DNA from: Octopus sinensis
Taxonomy: Eukaryota
Length of the DNA stretch: 64,000 nucleotides
Assembly (NCBI RefSeq): GCF_006345805.1
Contig: NC_042998.1
Coordinates: forward strand, 31,372,001 to 31,436,000
Direction: 5' to 3'
Part shown: in pieces, positions 40,770-55,328 of the stretch
Layout of the letters: each line of letters begins with the position of its first letter
Position numbering within the stretch: position 1 is the first letter of the stretch
Program-made: the position numbers and the translations under genes
The notes under the pieces: model-generated
The model's database searches: none
Told to the model about the DNA's origin: nothing
What the model saw: the letters and a program-made list of their open reading frames with translations, nothing else

Positions 40770-41290
40770 ATTTTGGATTCCGCCGAGGTTGACTTTACCT
40801 TTCATCCTTTCGGGGTCGATAAATTAAATACCAGTTGCGTGCTGGGGTCGATCTTATCGACTGGCTCCCACCCCCAAAATTTCGGGCTTTGTGCCTAAAG
40901 TAGAAACGAATATTTATTTTGGACTCCACCGAGGTTGACTTTGCCTTTCATCCTTTCGGGGTCGATAAATTAAGTACCAGTTGCGTGCTGGAGTCGATCT
41001 TATCGACTGGCCCCACCCACAAAATTTCATGCCTTTTGCCTAGAGTAGAAACGAATATTTATTTTGGACTAAGGCGGCGAAGTGGCAGACACATTAAAAC
41101 ACCAGACAAAATGCTTCACGACATTTCACCTGTCCTTACGTTCTGAGTTCAAATTCCGTCTCGGTTAACTTTGCTTCTCATCCTTTTGGGAATCGATAAA
41201 ATAAGTACCAGTTGAGCACTTGGGTGAGTATAATCGATTTACGCCCTCCCCTAAAAATTTCTGGCCTTGTGGCAAAATTTGAAACCAATA
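40770..41290 (+). mobile_element. SINE family A cluster: two tandem ~142-bp body/tail units, then a full copy
   Basis: Repeated junction GTAGAAACGAATATTTATTTTGGACT. Confidence 0.85.
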
Positions 41291-41764
41291 TAAGAAAGCA
41301 TTTCATGGAACATAATAAACAAATAACCTTAAGATAAATTTCGGATCGTATTCCGAATAAAACTGATGTTACATTATATTGATTCGAAGGAAGTATATAT
41401 TGTGTAATAAACTCCCGAGAATATTGATAAAAAAATGGATTAATGAGTCAGTCATGCAGCACCAAACGGTTTTACTTATTCCGATGATTGAAAAGAATGC
41501 ATACGCCATGTAACGCTTTTATTCACAATTAATGGGAAATTCGTATGTTACCGTTAAATTTATTCCTTCTTTCTTTCATTTGTGCTTTTATGAGAAAGGA
41601 GAAAGAACCTAAAGCCATAATATTTTAACAGTAAAGCAAAGATTAAAAAAAATATGATAATCTTATAACAAATATAAATGTAAAAAAAGAAAGGTAAAGA
41701 AATGGGGAACATGAAAATAGTGAAGGTAGTTTAACAATTTATCTTTGTTCAGAACAGTAGATCA

Positions 41765-41766
41765 TA

Positions 41767-41815
<49 letters not shown>

Positions 41816-42130
41816 ATATATATATACGTATATGTATACATATACATATATATATATATACATATATATACATACATATATATACATATATATACGTATA
41901 CATATATATACATATATATACATATACATATATATATATACATATATATACATATACATATATATACATATACATATATATACATATACATATATATACA
42001 TGTACATATATATATATATACATATAATATATATATATACATATAAATATATATATACATACATACATATATATATATATATAGATACAAATATATATAT
42101 ATACATATATATATATAACATATAGATACA

Positions 42131-42161
<31 letters not shown>

Positions 42162-42346
42162 CATTATATATATATATATACAATATATATATATATATAT
42201 GTATATACATATATATGTATATATATACATACATATATACATATATGATATATACATATATATATATGCATATATATATGCATATATATATATATGCATA
42301 TATATATATGCATATATATATGCATATATATATATGTATATATATA

Positions 42347-42407
<61 letters not shown>

Positions 42408-43076
42408 GTATTATATATATATATATATATGTATATATATGTATATATATATATGTATATATATATATGTATATATATATGTATATAAATGTATATATAT
42501 ATATGTATATAAATGTATATATATATATACATATATATAATTTTCAGCAGTTAATAAATATATTCGTCGCTCTATACCATTTCTTTCTTTCTCGATTTAA
42601 AAGCAAGTATAAAAGGTTCTACACGAAAAGCCGAAATACGACGTCAGTTTTTAGAGATAAAAATAAAAAAAAACAACAAAAAACAAAAGCTAGAACTAAA
42701 TACTAAATAAATAAATCAAACATAAGCATATTTTTTTTTTTCCTTTTTCAATTTGTTGCAGACAAAGAAGCAGAAAAATTGAGTATAATGGCGTATGGCT
42801 TTTTGTTTGATACGCTTATCTCATTTTCTTCTTCTGATTGCATTATTCTATTCTCATAGAATTCTTATAGGAGCACGTGATCCAATTGATTATCTTTCAG
42901 TAATTTTATATTACACTGGTAACTACTCACTGTTAAGCAGTGTTCAGTGCTGCATAGAACAAGGTGTATAATGCTTGATTCTATGCGTTCTTTTACGTTA
43001 TTAATTTTTTTAACATTAAAAAGTATAGATTTTGTGTGAAAGAGGTCGAGCAAATAAAAGACTATAAATACACATA

Positions 43077-43118
<42 letters not shown>

Positions 43119-43173
43119 TATGTGTACATATGTATACATGCATACATACACACACATATATATATATATACAT

Positions 43174-43205
<32 letters not shown>

Positions 43206-43240
43206 ACATACACGCATACATATACACATACATACATATA

Positions 43241-43300
<60 letters not shown>

Positions 43301-43366
43301 ACACGCACACATATACACATACATACTTATATGCATATATATATGTATATATATATATATACATGT

Positions 43367-43411
<45 letters not shown>

Positions 43412-43559
43412 TATACATATATATATACATATATATTTGATTTTTTTGATTTTTTGATTTTTCCAGTTTCAGCTCATGAGCTGTGGCCATGCTGGGGCAC
43501 CGCCATTTACATATATATATATATAATATATATATACATATATATATACATATATATAC

Positions 43560-43602
<43 letters not shown>

Positions 43603-43608
43603 TAATAC

Positions 43609-43641
<33 letters not shown>

Positions 43642-43642
43642 C

Positions 43643-43675
<33 letters not shown>

Positions 43676-43725
43676 CATACATATATATATATATATGTAT
43701 GTATAAGTATGTATGCATATATCTA
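41765..43725. repeat. (TA)n/(TACA)n microsatellite blocks with short unique spacers
   Basis: Direct inspection. Confidence 0.95.
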
Positions 43726-44802
43726 ATATGTGTGCGCGTATGGGATGTCTCACTATATTCAATTTGTAGGTACCTACGTACTTAAAAACATATATATATA
43801 TATATATGTGTGTATGTGTCTGTGTGTGTGTTTATAATTGCATAGGAATTTAGTAAATATAGGCATATCCAAAGGTGAGTCACATGCAAGCTAACAGTTT
43901 GCGTTACTTAATTGTTTAAATGCTGCCATAATCATAGATGGGACGCTGATACACGTCGCTATAGGTTCCATGGTAGGTATAATATACGCATGCGCGCGCG
44001 CACACACACACATGTATACAAACATACACGGATGGTGATACACAAACACGTGCGCAAACATATATACACATACATATGTATGCATATACGGATGGACAAT
44101 CATATACCCGCCTCGCATATCTATACGCACACATATGTATACATAAGCGGAAGGACACATACATACATACATACATACCAACTCATATATACCGGAACAT
44201 TTGAAGTATTTTATTATCCAAAATTATAGTCTATTATAGTATTTATGCTGAACAAAAGAATATAAACAAACCCTTCCTCACCCCCCCCCCCCAAAAAAAA
44301 AATGATAAAAGGTAAAAAGAAGGTGAGTACAGGGCCAAAAAGAGGTGTTATATCATCAAAGAAGGAGTGATATCAAAATAAAAGAGAGCTAAGTCCAAAG
44401 GTAAACTAAGAAATCTCATTTTACGGTAGGTTTACGTTTGATTTTGACTGCAACTCACACATGTCATGGTGTGATATGGATAATTAAACCGAGGGCTAAA
44501 GACAAGGGAAGTCGTTTTAGCTAATCTTATTGCTGCCACTTTAGTATCGGTGCAATGCACACATTACATTATCAGCCGTGTCACGACCGATATGTAATCT
44601 AAAGTTTTCCCCCAAAAGCTGATTTATTGGCTACAGAAGTTGAAGGAACCAGTCCAGAACTGAAAGGCGTTTTGTATGAACCATTCAGAATCGTTGTTGG
44701 AGGAAAATACTAAGATATAACAAATATGGGTGGTTAGAAGTATTAAGGTGCGAAAATCTTAATCGTATCATCTACATTACTTTTCAGAATATCTATTGAT
44801 AG

Positions 44803-45328
44803 AAGGCGGCGAGCTGGCGGAAACGGTAGCACGCCGGGCGAAACGCATAGCGGTATTTCGTCTGCCGCTACGTTCTGAGTTCAAATTCCGCCTTGGTCGA
44901 CTTTGCCTTTCATCCTTTCGGGGTCGATTAAATAAGTACCAGTTACGCACTGGGGTCGATATAATCGACTTAATCCGTTTGTCTGTCCTTGTTTGTCCTC
45001 TCTGTGTTTAGCCCCTTGTGGGTATTAAAGAAATAGGTATTTCGTCTGCTGCTACGTTCTGAGTTCAAATTCCACTGAGGTCGACTTTGCCTTTCATTCT
45101 TTAAGGCGGCGAGCTGGCAGATACGTTAGCACGCCGGGCGAAATGCTTAGCGGTATTTCGTTGTCTTTACGTTCTGAGCTCAAATTCCGCCGAGGTCGAC
45201 TTAGCCTTCCATCCTTTCGGGGTCGATAAATTAAGTACCAGTTGCGTACTTAATTTCGGGCCTTGTACTTAGAGTAGAAAAGAATATCCAAAATTTCGGG
45301 CCTTGTACTTAGAGTAGAAAAGAATATC
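44803..45328 (+). mobile_element. SINE family A: full copy with partial second unit, a second full copy, and a duplicated ~40-bp tail
   Basis: Family A motifs; AATTTCGGGCCTTGTACTTAGAGTAGAAAAGAATATC twice. Confidence 0.9.
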
Positions 45329-46167
45329 TCTTGATAGGGAAGCAGCGTTATTTCTGATGTCATGCAATGTAGTTTTAAAATGAAATGTTTTTATTCTTAT
45401 TTGTTTTGCAGATATAAGTTTGTCTCGCTAGATGTACATCGACCATAGAATAGGAGCCGCTATTCTAACTCGCTTTACGTTAAATCGCCAAATTTAGATT
45501 CAAATTTGAAAGAGTTCCATATTAATGAATCGAGCATATAGATGCTTTTGGAAGGTAATGGTGCCGGAACGTCTCACTTCTCTTTCACAGTTAATCCATT
45601 GATTGTATTTGACATCGATCGCACAGCACTGCCTTAACTGATAAGTAACGGTTATCACATAATATCTGTTATAGGCTGAACTGTACATTTCGTTCAGTGG
45701 GAAAGACATCGCTGGATGAGTTCAACGGCTTGTAGGATGTCAATGCAGTTACTATAAAATGAGTAATCATAAAAAAACAGACAAATTGGCTACTATGGTG
45801 GAGATAAAAACATGGAAATATATCAGAGCAATTGAAACGAATAAATATGGTAACGTTCAAGGATAGCATTGCGCTCTCTTATTGAACGTAGAACAAAAAG
45901 AAAAAAATTATAAAATTTAAAAGCAGATACAAAATTTGAGATAGACAAACTACCATGGCAATTGACATACGCGTGGTTGTTGGAGGAGTACAAGTTCGAT
46001 ATACTGGCAGGTACGAAATATAAAAAGTGACTAAAAGGTATAAATGAAGTAACTCAGAGGTGGAGCTCAGAAACTTCATTCCATTTTCCATTTTCATTTA
46101 TCATTCACCTTGTAACATACGTTTTTGTGTTTATAAACATTGCTTTTCAGAATATCTAATGATATTG

Positions 46168-46217
46168 ATAAGGCGGTGAGCTGGCAGAAACGTTAGCACG
46201 CCGGGCGAAATGCTTAG
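46168..46217 (+). mobile_element. SINE family A 5' stub fused to a mariner
   Basis: Head sequence ends abruptly at GCTTAGTATTTG. Confidence 0.8.
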
Positions 46218-47464
46218 TATTTGTACCGGATTTTTGCAGAGTTTTGGATTTTTTTAAACATTTTTTTTGTAGTTGTTTGATAATACTGACATAGACTTGC
46301 CCAAATGTAGCAATAAATAAACATTGATATTTTTTTTTCACCGTTGTTACAATAATCTGAAATGGAAATGTCAAAGGGCGATATTCGAGCAATTTTGCTT
46401 TTCAACTTCAAAACAGGGCGTAATGTAGCTGAAACTGCTCGCGATATCAACGAAATGTTTGATGAGGAAATGACCAGTGAGTGGTCAGCTCGAAAATGGT
46501 TTAAACGATTTCGCAGTGGAGACCTGATCCTTGAAGATCATGAGCGTAGTGGACGCCCATCTATCATCGATGACGGTCAATTAAAGACCCTCATTAAGAA
46601 AGATCCACGTAAAACCATCCAAGAACTGGCAAAAGAACTTCACGTTGGCCAGAAAAGTGCTTGCAACCATTTGCATGCGATCGGAAAATCAAAAAAGCTC
46701 GACAATTGGGTACCACACGATTTGAATGAAAATCAGAAAATGCGCAGATATGAAATTTGCTTGTCGCTTCTTCTCCGTAACCAGACCGATCCATTTCTCG
46801 TATTGTAATTTGCGATGAAAAGTGGATTCTGTACAATAATAATAAAAAGAAGTTCTTCGCAGTGATTGGGTCAAAATGAAGCACCAAAAACCTTTCCCAA
46901 ACCCGAGCTCTTCAAAAAGAAGGTTATGGTGACTGTTTGGTGGTGTACTGTCGGACTCATCCACTACAACTTCTTAAAACCCGGAAAAACCATTACTGCA
47001 GAAACGTATTGCCATGAAATTGCCAAAATGAACGAACAGCCACTACTCCTCCGTCCCAGACGTTCAACAGAAGAAGGCCAATCATTCTTCATGACAATAC
47101 TCGACCAGACGCTTCACTAATGACGCTTCAGAAGTTGAAGGAACTTCGCTACGAAGTTCTTCCCCACCCAGCATATTCCCCAGACCTTTCTCCTACCGTC
47201 AATTATTTTTGAAGCACCTTGATGGTTTCCTGCAAGAGAAAGAGTTAAAAAATCAAACCGATGCTGAAAGTGCGTTCAAGGAGTTCATCAGCTCCAGAGC
47301 TCCAAATTTTTAAGTTACCGGAATAAACAAACTTGTAACTCATTGGCAAAAATGTGTTGATTGTAATGGTACTTACTTTGATGAATAAAATTTCCGTATT
47401 GTTGAAATATATTGTGTTGGATTTCACTTTTCAAATCGTTGCTTACTTTTCACTCAGCCTGATA
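46218..47464 (+). mobile_element. Mariner lacking its left TIR; defective transposase at about 46362-47388
   Basis: SGRP, WVPHDL, ICDEKW, KKVMVTVWW, HPAYSPDLSP; frameshifts; right end ...CACTCAGCCTGATA. Confidence 0.92.
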
Positions 47465-49569
47465 ACACGTGTACAGCTGAAAGCTACTCTTTATTCTTTC
47501 CACAAGTAATAACATTAGAAAATAAATTTCAACTACATATATTTATGATGTGTGTGTGTGTGTATGTGATGCATAGAAATTTGAAATTTTGTATGATGTA
47601 TCTGTATCTACACACTGCATGTCGGAAAAAATTCAAATCTTCCATCCATGCAACATCAGACGTGTATTCAGAAGAGACATCTTCTGAGTGAGACATCTTT
47701 CCTAAATAAAGACTATGAGAAGTATTCCGTCCCCTGCAATCGTAATAGTGAATATAAAGGTGAAAGTAGCTGCTGTCTGAATGTAAGAACAGAACTTTTT
47801 ACAACTGTAATCTGTGGGGAGAGAGAAAATGAATCCGGTACGGCCGGTCACATATGGAAGGTAAAGTGAGCTCAACAACCCTTATGAAACTCAGTCAAAA
47901 TAATAGATAGGAAGCGACATAAGAAGGTAAGATGACCGAAAGAATGTTCGCATATGCTGGGCTTCCATAACTTCCGTAAGCCAAGCTTAGAAATGAAGAC
48001 TATGTGAGAGCCTTTAATAAAGAAAGGATATGAAAACCACGTAAGCAAAGTTAGGTTTCAATTCCCTAATTTCCACTCCATAGTTGTCGTGCTGGTTAAT
48101 AGGATTGCGAATATAAACATTGATTAAGTGTGAAAGGATAACGGTGTGAAAAGTTAGGCTGCAGGCGTGAGTTCAGATCCAGGGTTAGTGAAGCTAAATA
48201 TACTTTGGTTGAAGTATAACAAACTAAACAGTATCACTAATAGCAGAAGAACTAATAATGAGAATGCATGTTATCCAATATAGACTTTCTCGAAATTACT
48301 TAAATTGTTACAGATTCTTCATCAACGCACACCTGTTTATTTTGCCAACTAAGCAGACATGAAAAGGCCAAGTCAATCTTGACATATAAAACAAGTATAC
48401 GATATCTCAGTAAGAAACAAGAAATCCTGATTAATTTCCTTTTGTACACAGCATCAAGTATAGGTTCTGCAAACTTCGGAAGAATCTAATTTAAAACACA
48501 ATGAGATTGATAGAGATGGAGGTGTTGTGGGGGTAAAACATAAGAACCAGAAACAATAAACTCAAGTGGATATTTATTTTCAAGAACCATGAGGACAAAT
48601 GACATTTTCTTGCTATCATTACTGGAAAATATGTAAAGAGAACACCTAATATCGAAAATATACTGGCTCATAACCATGGCTGAATGTATGCCCTTGCTTT
48701 TCTTCAGGTGTTTAAAAACTTACAAGAAGTGAAATTACATCTTCAGCTATGTGGTTGGGAAGCTAACTTCTAACCACACACGACTATAAATGTATTATTA
48801 TTGTTGTTATTCTTCTTCTTCTTCTTCTTCTTCTTCTTCTTCCTTCTTTCTTCAAATTTTTTTTCCGTTTCTCGCCGGGTGTTTTCCGTACACCCAGGGC
48901 AGAGAAGCTCATTCTTTGCATTCTCAGATTACACACGCAAATTCGCAGGTAAAATATGTAGAAAATATTTAGAAAATAAATAAATAAATAAATAAATTCA
49001 TGAGTGGATGTTTATTATTATTATTATTATTATATTATTATTATTATTATCATTATTAAGGTGGCTAGTAGGCAATTTACAATCAAAAGGTACAAGTACA
49101 ATTGTCACTAAAGTCAATTCAGCACTGCTAGAAATAAGAGTCAAAATAACTCTTAGCAACCTCCCTACATAAAACGAGAGAGTCAGAGCATCGATGATTT
49201 CGGATTGAATTAATCTTCACCAGAGACACCTACTCCACTGCCTAGGGTTAAGCTGAACTCGCCTTGGCAGTTTATAAGAAATACGATGGGAACCAGTGGC
49301 TGATTCAATAAATTGGTAAAGTGAAAATTATAAATTATTAAGGTGGCTATTCGCGATTTACAACCAAAAAGCACAAAATCGTCATTAAAGCGACTAAGGC
49401 TGCAAGTCAGCACCAGGATTGCTAGAAATAAGAGTCAAAACAGCTCTTAGGCACGGGCAAAACACATCTATTGACTGACAAGAGAGATAACCCTGTATAT
49501 AAGAAGATTGTAGATCTATAAAATGATGATTTGAGAAACACGTAATAAAATCTTGTATGTGTTATATTC

Positions 49570-49998
49570 TGTTCTACTCTAGGCACAAACCCGAAATTTT
49601 GGGTGCGGGTGCCACTCGGTTAGATCGACCCAGTACGAAACTAGCACTTAATTTATCGACCCCGAAAGGATGAAAGGCAAAATCGACCTCGGCGGAATTT
49701 GAACTCAGAACGTAAAGACAGACGAAATACAGCTAAGCATTTCGCCCGGCGTGCTAACATTTCTTATTTCTTTACTGCCCACAGGGGGCTAAACATAGAG
49801 GGGACAAACAAGGACAGATAAAGGGATTAAGTCGATTACATCGACCCCAGTGCGTAACTGGTACCTATTTAATCGACCCCGAAAGGATGAAAGGCAAAGT
49901 CGACCTCGGCGGAATTTGAACTCAGAACGTAACCGCAGTCGAATTACCACTAAGCATTTTTCCCGGCGTGCTAACGTTTCTTCCAGCTCGCCGCCTTC
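49570..49998 (-). mobile_element. SINE family A dimer (junction AAAGAAATAAGAAA(C/T)GTTAGCACG)
   Basis: Same junction at about 56580 and 57305. Confidence 0.9.
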
Positions 49999-50064
49999 GA
50001 AGGTTAGTGATACTGAAAGCAATTACGATAACATTTTTATATATAAGCACTTATGTATTGAGTA

Positions 50065-50284
50065 GGTAACATTTGTTTAGAAATTAAGAAAATCTCAAAC
50101 GCAAGAGAAAAGCTGTGAAAACATGTTTAGAAAATCCGGATGAAAAGCTACAGAGTTCGATTCTCTGTAGCGGCTGCTGACTATTTTTTCGCGTCTATAG
50201 GGGTACTTTACCCAGTTTTCTAAAGCTATTTCTCGGTTATTCTCCTCCGTTTGAGATTTTCTTAATTTCTAAAAATAGGTTACC
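50065..50284. mobile_element. MITE-like element with ~45-bp imperfect TIRs and a central 9-bp hairpin
   Basis: GGTAAC..TTTAGAAATTAAGAAAATCTCAAACG and its reverse complement; GCTACAGAG-ttcgatt-CTCTGTAGC at 50147-50171. Confidence 0.75.
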
Positions 50285-50489
50285 AACCCGATGCTTCAAT
50301 GTTTGTACATAAACAGGTTCCCATATTCCAAAAAGCTGTTATTTAGTGTTATAAAAGAAAGACGGTATCAGTTGTCAGGGGCCGTTGAGTTCCATGGTAC
50401 ATACCGGTCAGCTGGAATGTGAGGTTTGCAGAGTTTGGTTGTCTCTGGCAGCTGTTAGCCGCCTTTTCCCATTTATAGAGTTACCTTAC

Positions 50490-50527
50490 CTGTCTTCACA
50501 GCTATTCTGCGTTCAAGGTCTTAATTT
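50490..50527 (-). other. Candidate 38-nt exon, stops in all frames (UTR or non-coding)
   Basis: Minus: ttttttattttttttgtttctttgtag|AAATTAAG...GAAGACAG|gtaagg. Confidence 0.45.
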
Positions 50528-50596
50528 CTACAAAGAAACAAAAAAAAATAAAAAATTAATTAAAATAACGATTCCGCTAGTAAGTACTTTAGTAGT

Positions 50597-50965
50597 GTGG
50601 AGGCGTCATGGCCCAGTGGTTAGGGTAGCGGATTCGCGGTCATAGGATCGCGCTTTCGATTCCCAGGCATGGCGTTGCGAGTGTTTATGGAGCAAAAACA
50701 CCTAAACCTCCACGAGTCTCCGGCAGGGGGTGATGGCGAACTCTGCTGTATTCTTTCTCTCACTTTTTCTTCTTGTTTCTGTTGTACCTGTATTTTAAAG
50801 GAGCCAGCCTTGTCACACTCTGTATCACGCTGAATCTCCCCGAGAACTATGTTAAGGGTACACGTATCTGTGGAGTGCTCAGCTACTTGCACGTTAATTT
50901 CACGAGCAGGCTGTTCCGTTGATCGAATCAACTGGAACCTTCGTCGTCGCAACCGACGGAGTGCC
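50597..50965 (+). mobile_element. Full-length SINE family C with 11-bp TSD
   Basis: TSD ACTTTAGTAGT at 50586-50596 and 50966-50976. Confidence 0.95.
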
Positions 50966-51404
50966 ACTTTAGTAGTCCAAATTTTCTTGAGGGGTTTTAT
51001 CGGGACAAATTATGAAAGTGAAAGGTAATGAGAAAATGGAAAAAGATACTCCTGTCGACATTGTAAGAATGTAGGTGGACGTTGTTTCAAAGAAATAACT
51101 CAATTCCGAAGCTCTTGTTATTTTGTAGAATTTGGATAAACAAGAGATTAACTAATGACGTGGAATGTAAATATTATGGTAGATATTGCAATTCTAGACA
51201 TTGTCAAGAGATTGGAATACTAGACACTGTGGATGGTTTTGATGATGTCAAAAGTCAAGATGAACAATATAATTTTGTCCACTTAATGATGCATTAGTAA
51301 TTGAGAAATATATTTCTACTAACTTGGTTTGATGTGAAAGATGATTGAGATTTTACGATGTTCATGTTCTCTCAATATTAGTAGCATAACTATTATTAGT
51401 TCGC

Positions 51405-51602
51405 AAAATCGTTAGCACGCCGGAAAAAATGCTTGGCAGCAGTTCGTCCGTTTTTATATTCTGAGTTCAAATTCCTCCGAGGTCGACTTTGCCTTTTATC
51501 ATTTCAGGGTCAATAAAATAAGTGCCAGTTGAGCACTGGACTCGATGTAACCGACTTACCCACTCCCTCAAAATTGCTGGACTTGTGCCAAAATTTGAAA
51601 TC
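51405..51602 (+). mobile_element. SINE family A (older)
   Basis: Family A motifs. Confidence 0.85.
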
Positions 51603-54085
51603 AATATTAGTGGCATAACCTCAGTAAAAGAGCTAATACGGACAGTTGAAGCCATATCGTAGAGTTGGACCATCCAGAGCTTTCTTCATACTTCAGACTT
51701 CGTAATCCATATCCCATACCAGCTAAACACTCTACTATCTCTTTCTATTGTACTTAATCAACCAAATACACAGCATGTAAATATTCCGACAAAAGAAAAT
51801 ATTTAATTTGAATGCATGAATTATAAAACCCTATTCAAGCGCCTCTTTAGAAATTAAATAAAACAACTTTTAGAATTCAATAGAAAAATCCTTTGAGTTA
51901 TAAATTAATTTATTTGTGAAAACTAGCAAACAAAAGAAACAGCTTACAGGGTTAATATTTTTGGTTATTTTCTTTTGTCTTTCTTATTTTTAAAGATGGA
52001 AAATTCATTGCAGTGAAATTCGTCAACTCATATTCTCCCAAACCGAAAGCAAATTAGTAAATTGCTGAATGCGATGTCATTTCTTGACTCGATATCGAAG
52101 GAATTTGTTTGCAGTTGGAAATATTCGAGTATGAAATATAAGCCTTTTTAATTACTATATTTATAAGATTTTGCAGTCGTAAAATTTAACAGTGAGGAAA
52201 TATTAAAGCGAATTTCAAACTATTTATAATGCCCAAAGTTTTACAACGAAGTATTCAAATCTCCGAAAGTTTCACATAATAATAGCTTTCAAAAGTTACA
52301 ATCAACCTAGCAAAATGTAGTGTCTCTATCCGCGCCCTCTGCTAGCGACAAATAATGCCTATTCGGTCATTAAGTAACATCCTTATCCTTTAAAAACCAT
52401 AAAGACACAGGATATCGAGATCTTTAAAACATTATACTTGTAAGGCGAAGCAATTATAGTTGAGAATCCTTTTAGTCTGGACTATCCAGAAATAAAGCTC
52501 TATAGTTATTCACTTTCAGCCTTTATAATACACAAGGAGTTGGCAACACTGAATCTTAATCAGAAACGTAGCACCTAACGATGATATATGAAACTTTATA
52601 GGCTTAAAATATATGAGTGTACTAACGGCCCCTGTGTTATAAGTAACGAAAAACGAGTCATTGTCTTTATGTCAATATTGATCAAGAAATGCTGGGGAGA
52701 CATCCCGCTCCAGATTTAAATAGAATAGAATAAACTCAAAATAGAATGTGGTGTGAAATGAATCTGCTGTTTGGCTGTACGGTGACACCTACGGATATGT
52801 TTCGTAGGTGAAGCACAATGTAATGTTAATTATTTAGTTTGTTTTACTGACCACGATGAAGGTTATGCCGAAGAACTGGCTTCAATATCTTTTTGCACTG
52901 AACAATCTTATTGAATTGTATCATAGTGGGACACAGGTTTAAGGCTTTACATTATTATTTCAACACCAATTGTTTGTCAGGTAACTATTTTATTGAATAT
53001 TTTCTTTAGGAAGGAATTTAAATCAGACCTTAGCGAAATAAAAATAATTAATCTCTCACTTAAGGAAGATTAACGCAAAAGCAATATGATAAATTAATCG
53101 ATAAAATTATATTGTAATAGCTGCTGCCTTTATTGTTTAATCCAAGGTCAGCAGTGAGAATAAAGAAAAGATCTGGATTCTGTCACTGTGATGATGATGA
53201 CATAGAAGAAAAAGATGATAATAATGCGATGACTAAATCAGTATATCAATGCTAGTGACATGATACCCTCATTGACTAATATGAACGACATCAAAATTCT
53301 TTGCATATAAGATTTGGTTAAAAGGCGTTCTAGTATTGAAGACTCCATCCTTTTGTATAATCATTATAACATTGTTAAATGCGTCTTTCCCTTTTTAAAA
53401 CAGTAAGTTGCTATTTGAGGGCGATTTGTCAGCTACTTCACGTAGGTCAAGCAAACGTGTTATTTGTAACAATCCTATTTTTCGAAAATATGTTACACAA
53501 AGGAATATGTAGTCTCTATGAAATATCTGACCGAAAGATGTCAAGGACTTATTTGATCAGAGGTGTGCTTAATCAAGGCCGAAAGCACCAACTCTAAGCA
53601 TCACCAGCATCACCACGGATTAACATTATTGCCAATACTATCAACTCACAACACCATAGTAATTGTCGTTCTGATAGTCCTTTTAAACAAGTTAGTTACC
53701 TAAACGAAACACTGGTGGCTAAACACTTCTTATATCTAATTAACTATAGTGAAACATTAAATACTTCAGAAAAACTAATATGATTATTTATCAACATTTA
53801 CCTAAATATCAGAGACAGAGAAATTGTTAATTGATGCAATGATTTTAAATGGAAGCTCGATGCCTGCTAATATGTCGCAAAATGAAACAGATCGCTTGTA
53901 AATACCTAAGGGAAATCTCTAAAAGAGAAACACAAATTTAGTACACAAATTCCTGTCGAAATCAAAACAGCTTCCACGATGTGAAAATAAATAAGAATAA
54001 ATGAAAAAGTGCAATGAAAACCATTCATATGCATGACAGATAGAGCAATGTAATGAGATAAAACAGAAAAGTAATTTATACTTAC

Positions 54086-54106
54086 AGTCAATTAAGCCAG
54101 TTTGAT
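54086..54106 (-). other. Candidate 21-nt frame-preserving microexon, phase 1/1: (D)QTGLID
   Basis: Minus: ccttctttttag|ATCAAACTGGCTTAATTGACT|gtaagt. Confidence 0.4.
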
Positions 54107-54846
54107 CTAAAAAGAAGGATAGTTGTGTCGATAAAAATGTACAGAAAGGACACAATCTCTAAGGAATAAATTGGCACGTAATTTCGTTTTATTGATTATA
54201 TACAATCTGGAAAGGTGGAGAAATAAAAAATCAAATTAATCTCCAAGAAGTTTCCACTATGTATGTATGTATGTATGTATGTATGTATGTATGTATGTAT
54301 GTATGTATGTATGTATGTATGTATGTATGTATGTATGTATGTATGTATGTTTGTATGTATGTATATGTATGTATGTACGCACAAACACACATTACGTATG
54401 TATATATACACACATATATATATATAGTACGCACATACACTTCAATTTTACTGGTTTAGCAAGTTACTTGATCTGAGACTGTGTGTCGAAACTGAAACAT
54501 TATATCGTGGAAGAGTTATTTTAACCATTTAAGAAGAACACAGGAGAAAGTGTGTTTTTAAAAAGCTAAACTGTTTTTGTGTGTTTTGAAACGCTTAAAA
54601 TGATCCATCCACGACGTAATTGCGTGTGTGTGTGTATGTGTGTATGTGGGTCTGTGTGGTTTGTGGTTATGTGTGTATATAAAATTTTCATGTCTTTCAT
54701 CTTTCATTCACTTTCCTCGAGACGCATACTAAACCATTCTTGACACTCTTTCTTGTTTGAATGAAGTCTAAATCGAGGAACTGGTATTAGTGGTAAAGTG
54801 AATTACCATATTACGCGAATATATACATATATACGTACAAACACAC

Positions 54847-54890
<44 letters not shown>

Positions 54891-54957
54891 TATATATACA
54901 CGTACATATATACATACATACATGCATACATAAATATATGCAGTCATACATACATAC

Positions 54958-54988
<31 letters not shown>

Positions 54989-55233
54989 GATATATAGCAA
55001 TCAAAGAATGAAGAATTATATTGTTACTTAACTTTATACACTTACGAACGCTTGGAATAGATTGAGAAACTGTTTCCACATCATGTATGCACAACCAATG
55101 AATCAGCTAATTGACTTATTAATCAATGAATCAATTAAGACACCAGTTATCCCCCCCCCACTCCGTTCATTTTAGACCTTAAAAGTCTATTTTTTCACTA
55201 TCTATAACAAACAAAACATGGAAGTTATCAAAT

Positions 55234-55244
<11 letters not shown>

Positions 55245-55328
<84 letters not shown>

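Noticed and set aside
45500-46097. Hydrophobic minus-strand frames with GPCR-like spacing (N...D...NRY)
   Set aside because: The would-be TM3 is polar and the match needs a stop and a frameshift; AT-rich DNA yields such residues by chance
48928-48948. Plus-strand 21-nt exon candidate (also 173-195, 43846-43874 and about 14998-15048)
   Set aside because: Splice signals are plausible but weaker or isolated, and no peptide is recognisable; cannot be told from chance
49055-49455. Diverged ~110-bp direct repeats (a similar pair at 56785-56930 and 57545-57660)
   Set aside because: Old local duplications or decayed repeat copies with no further structure
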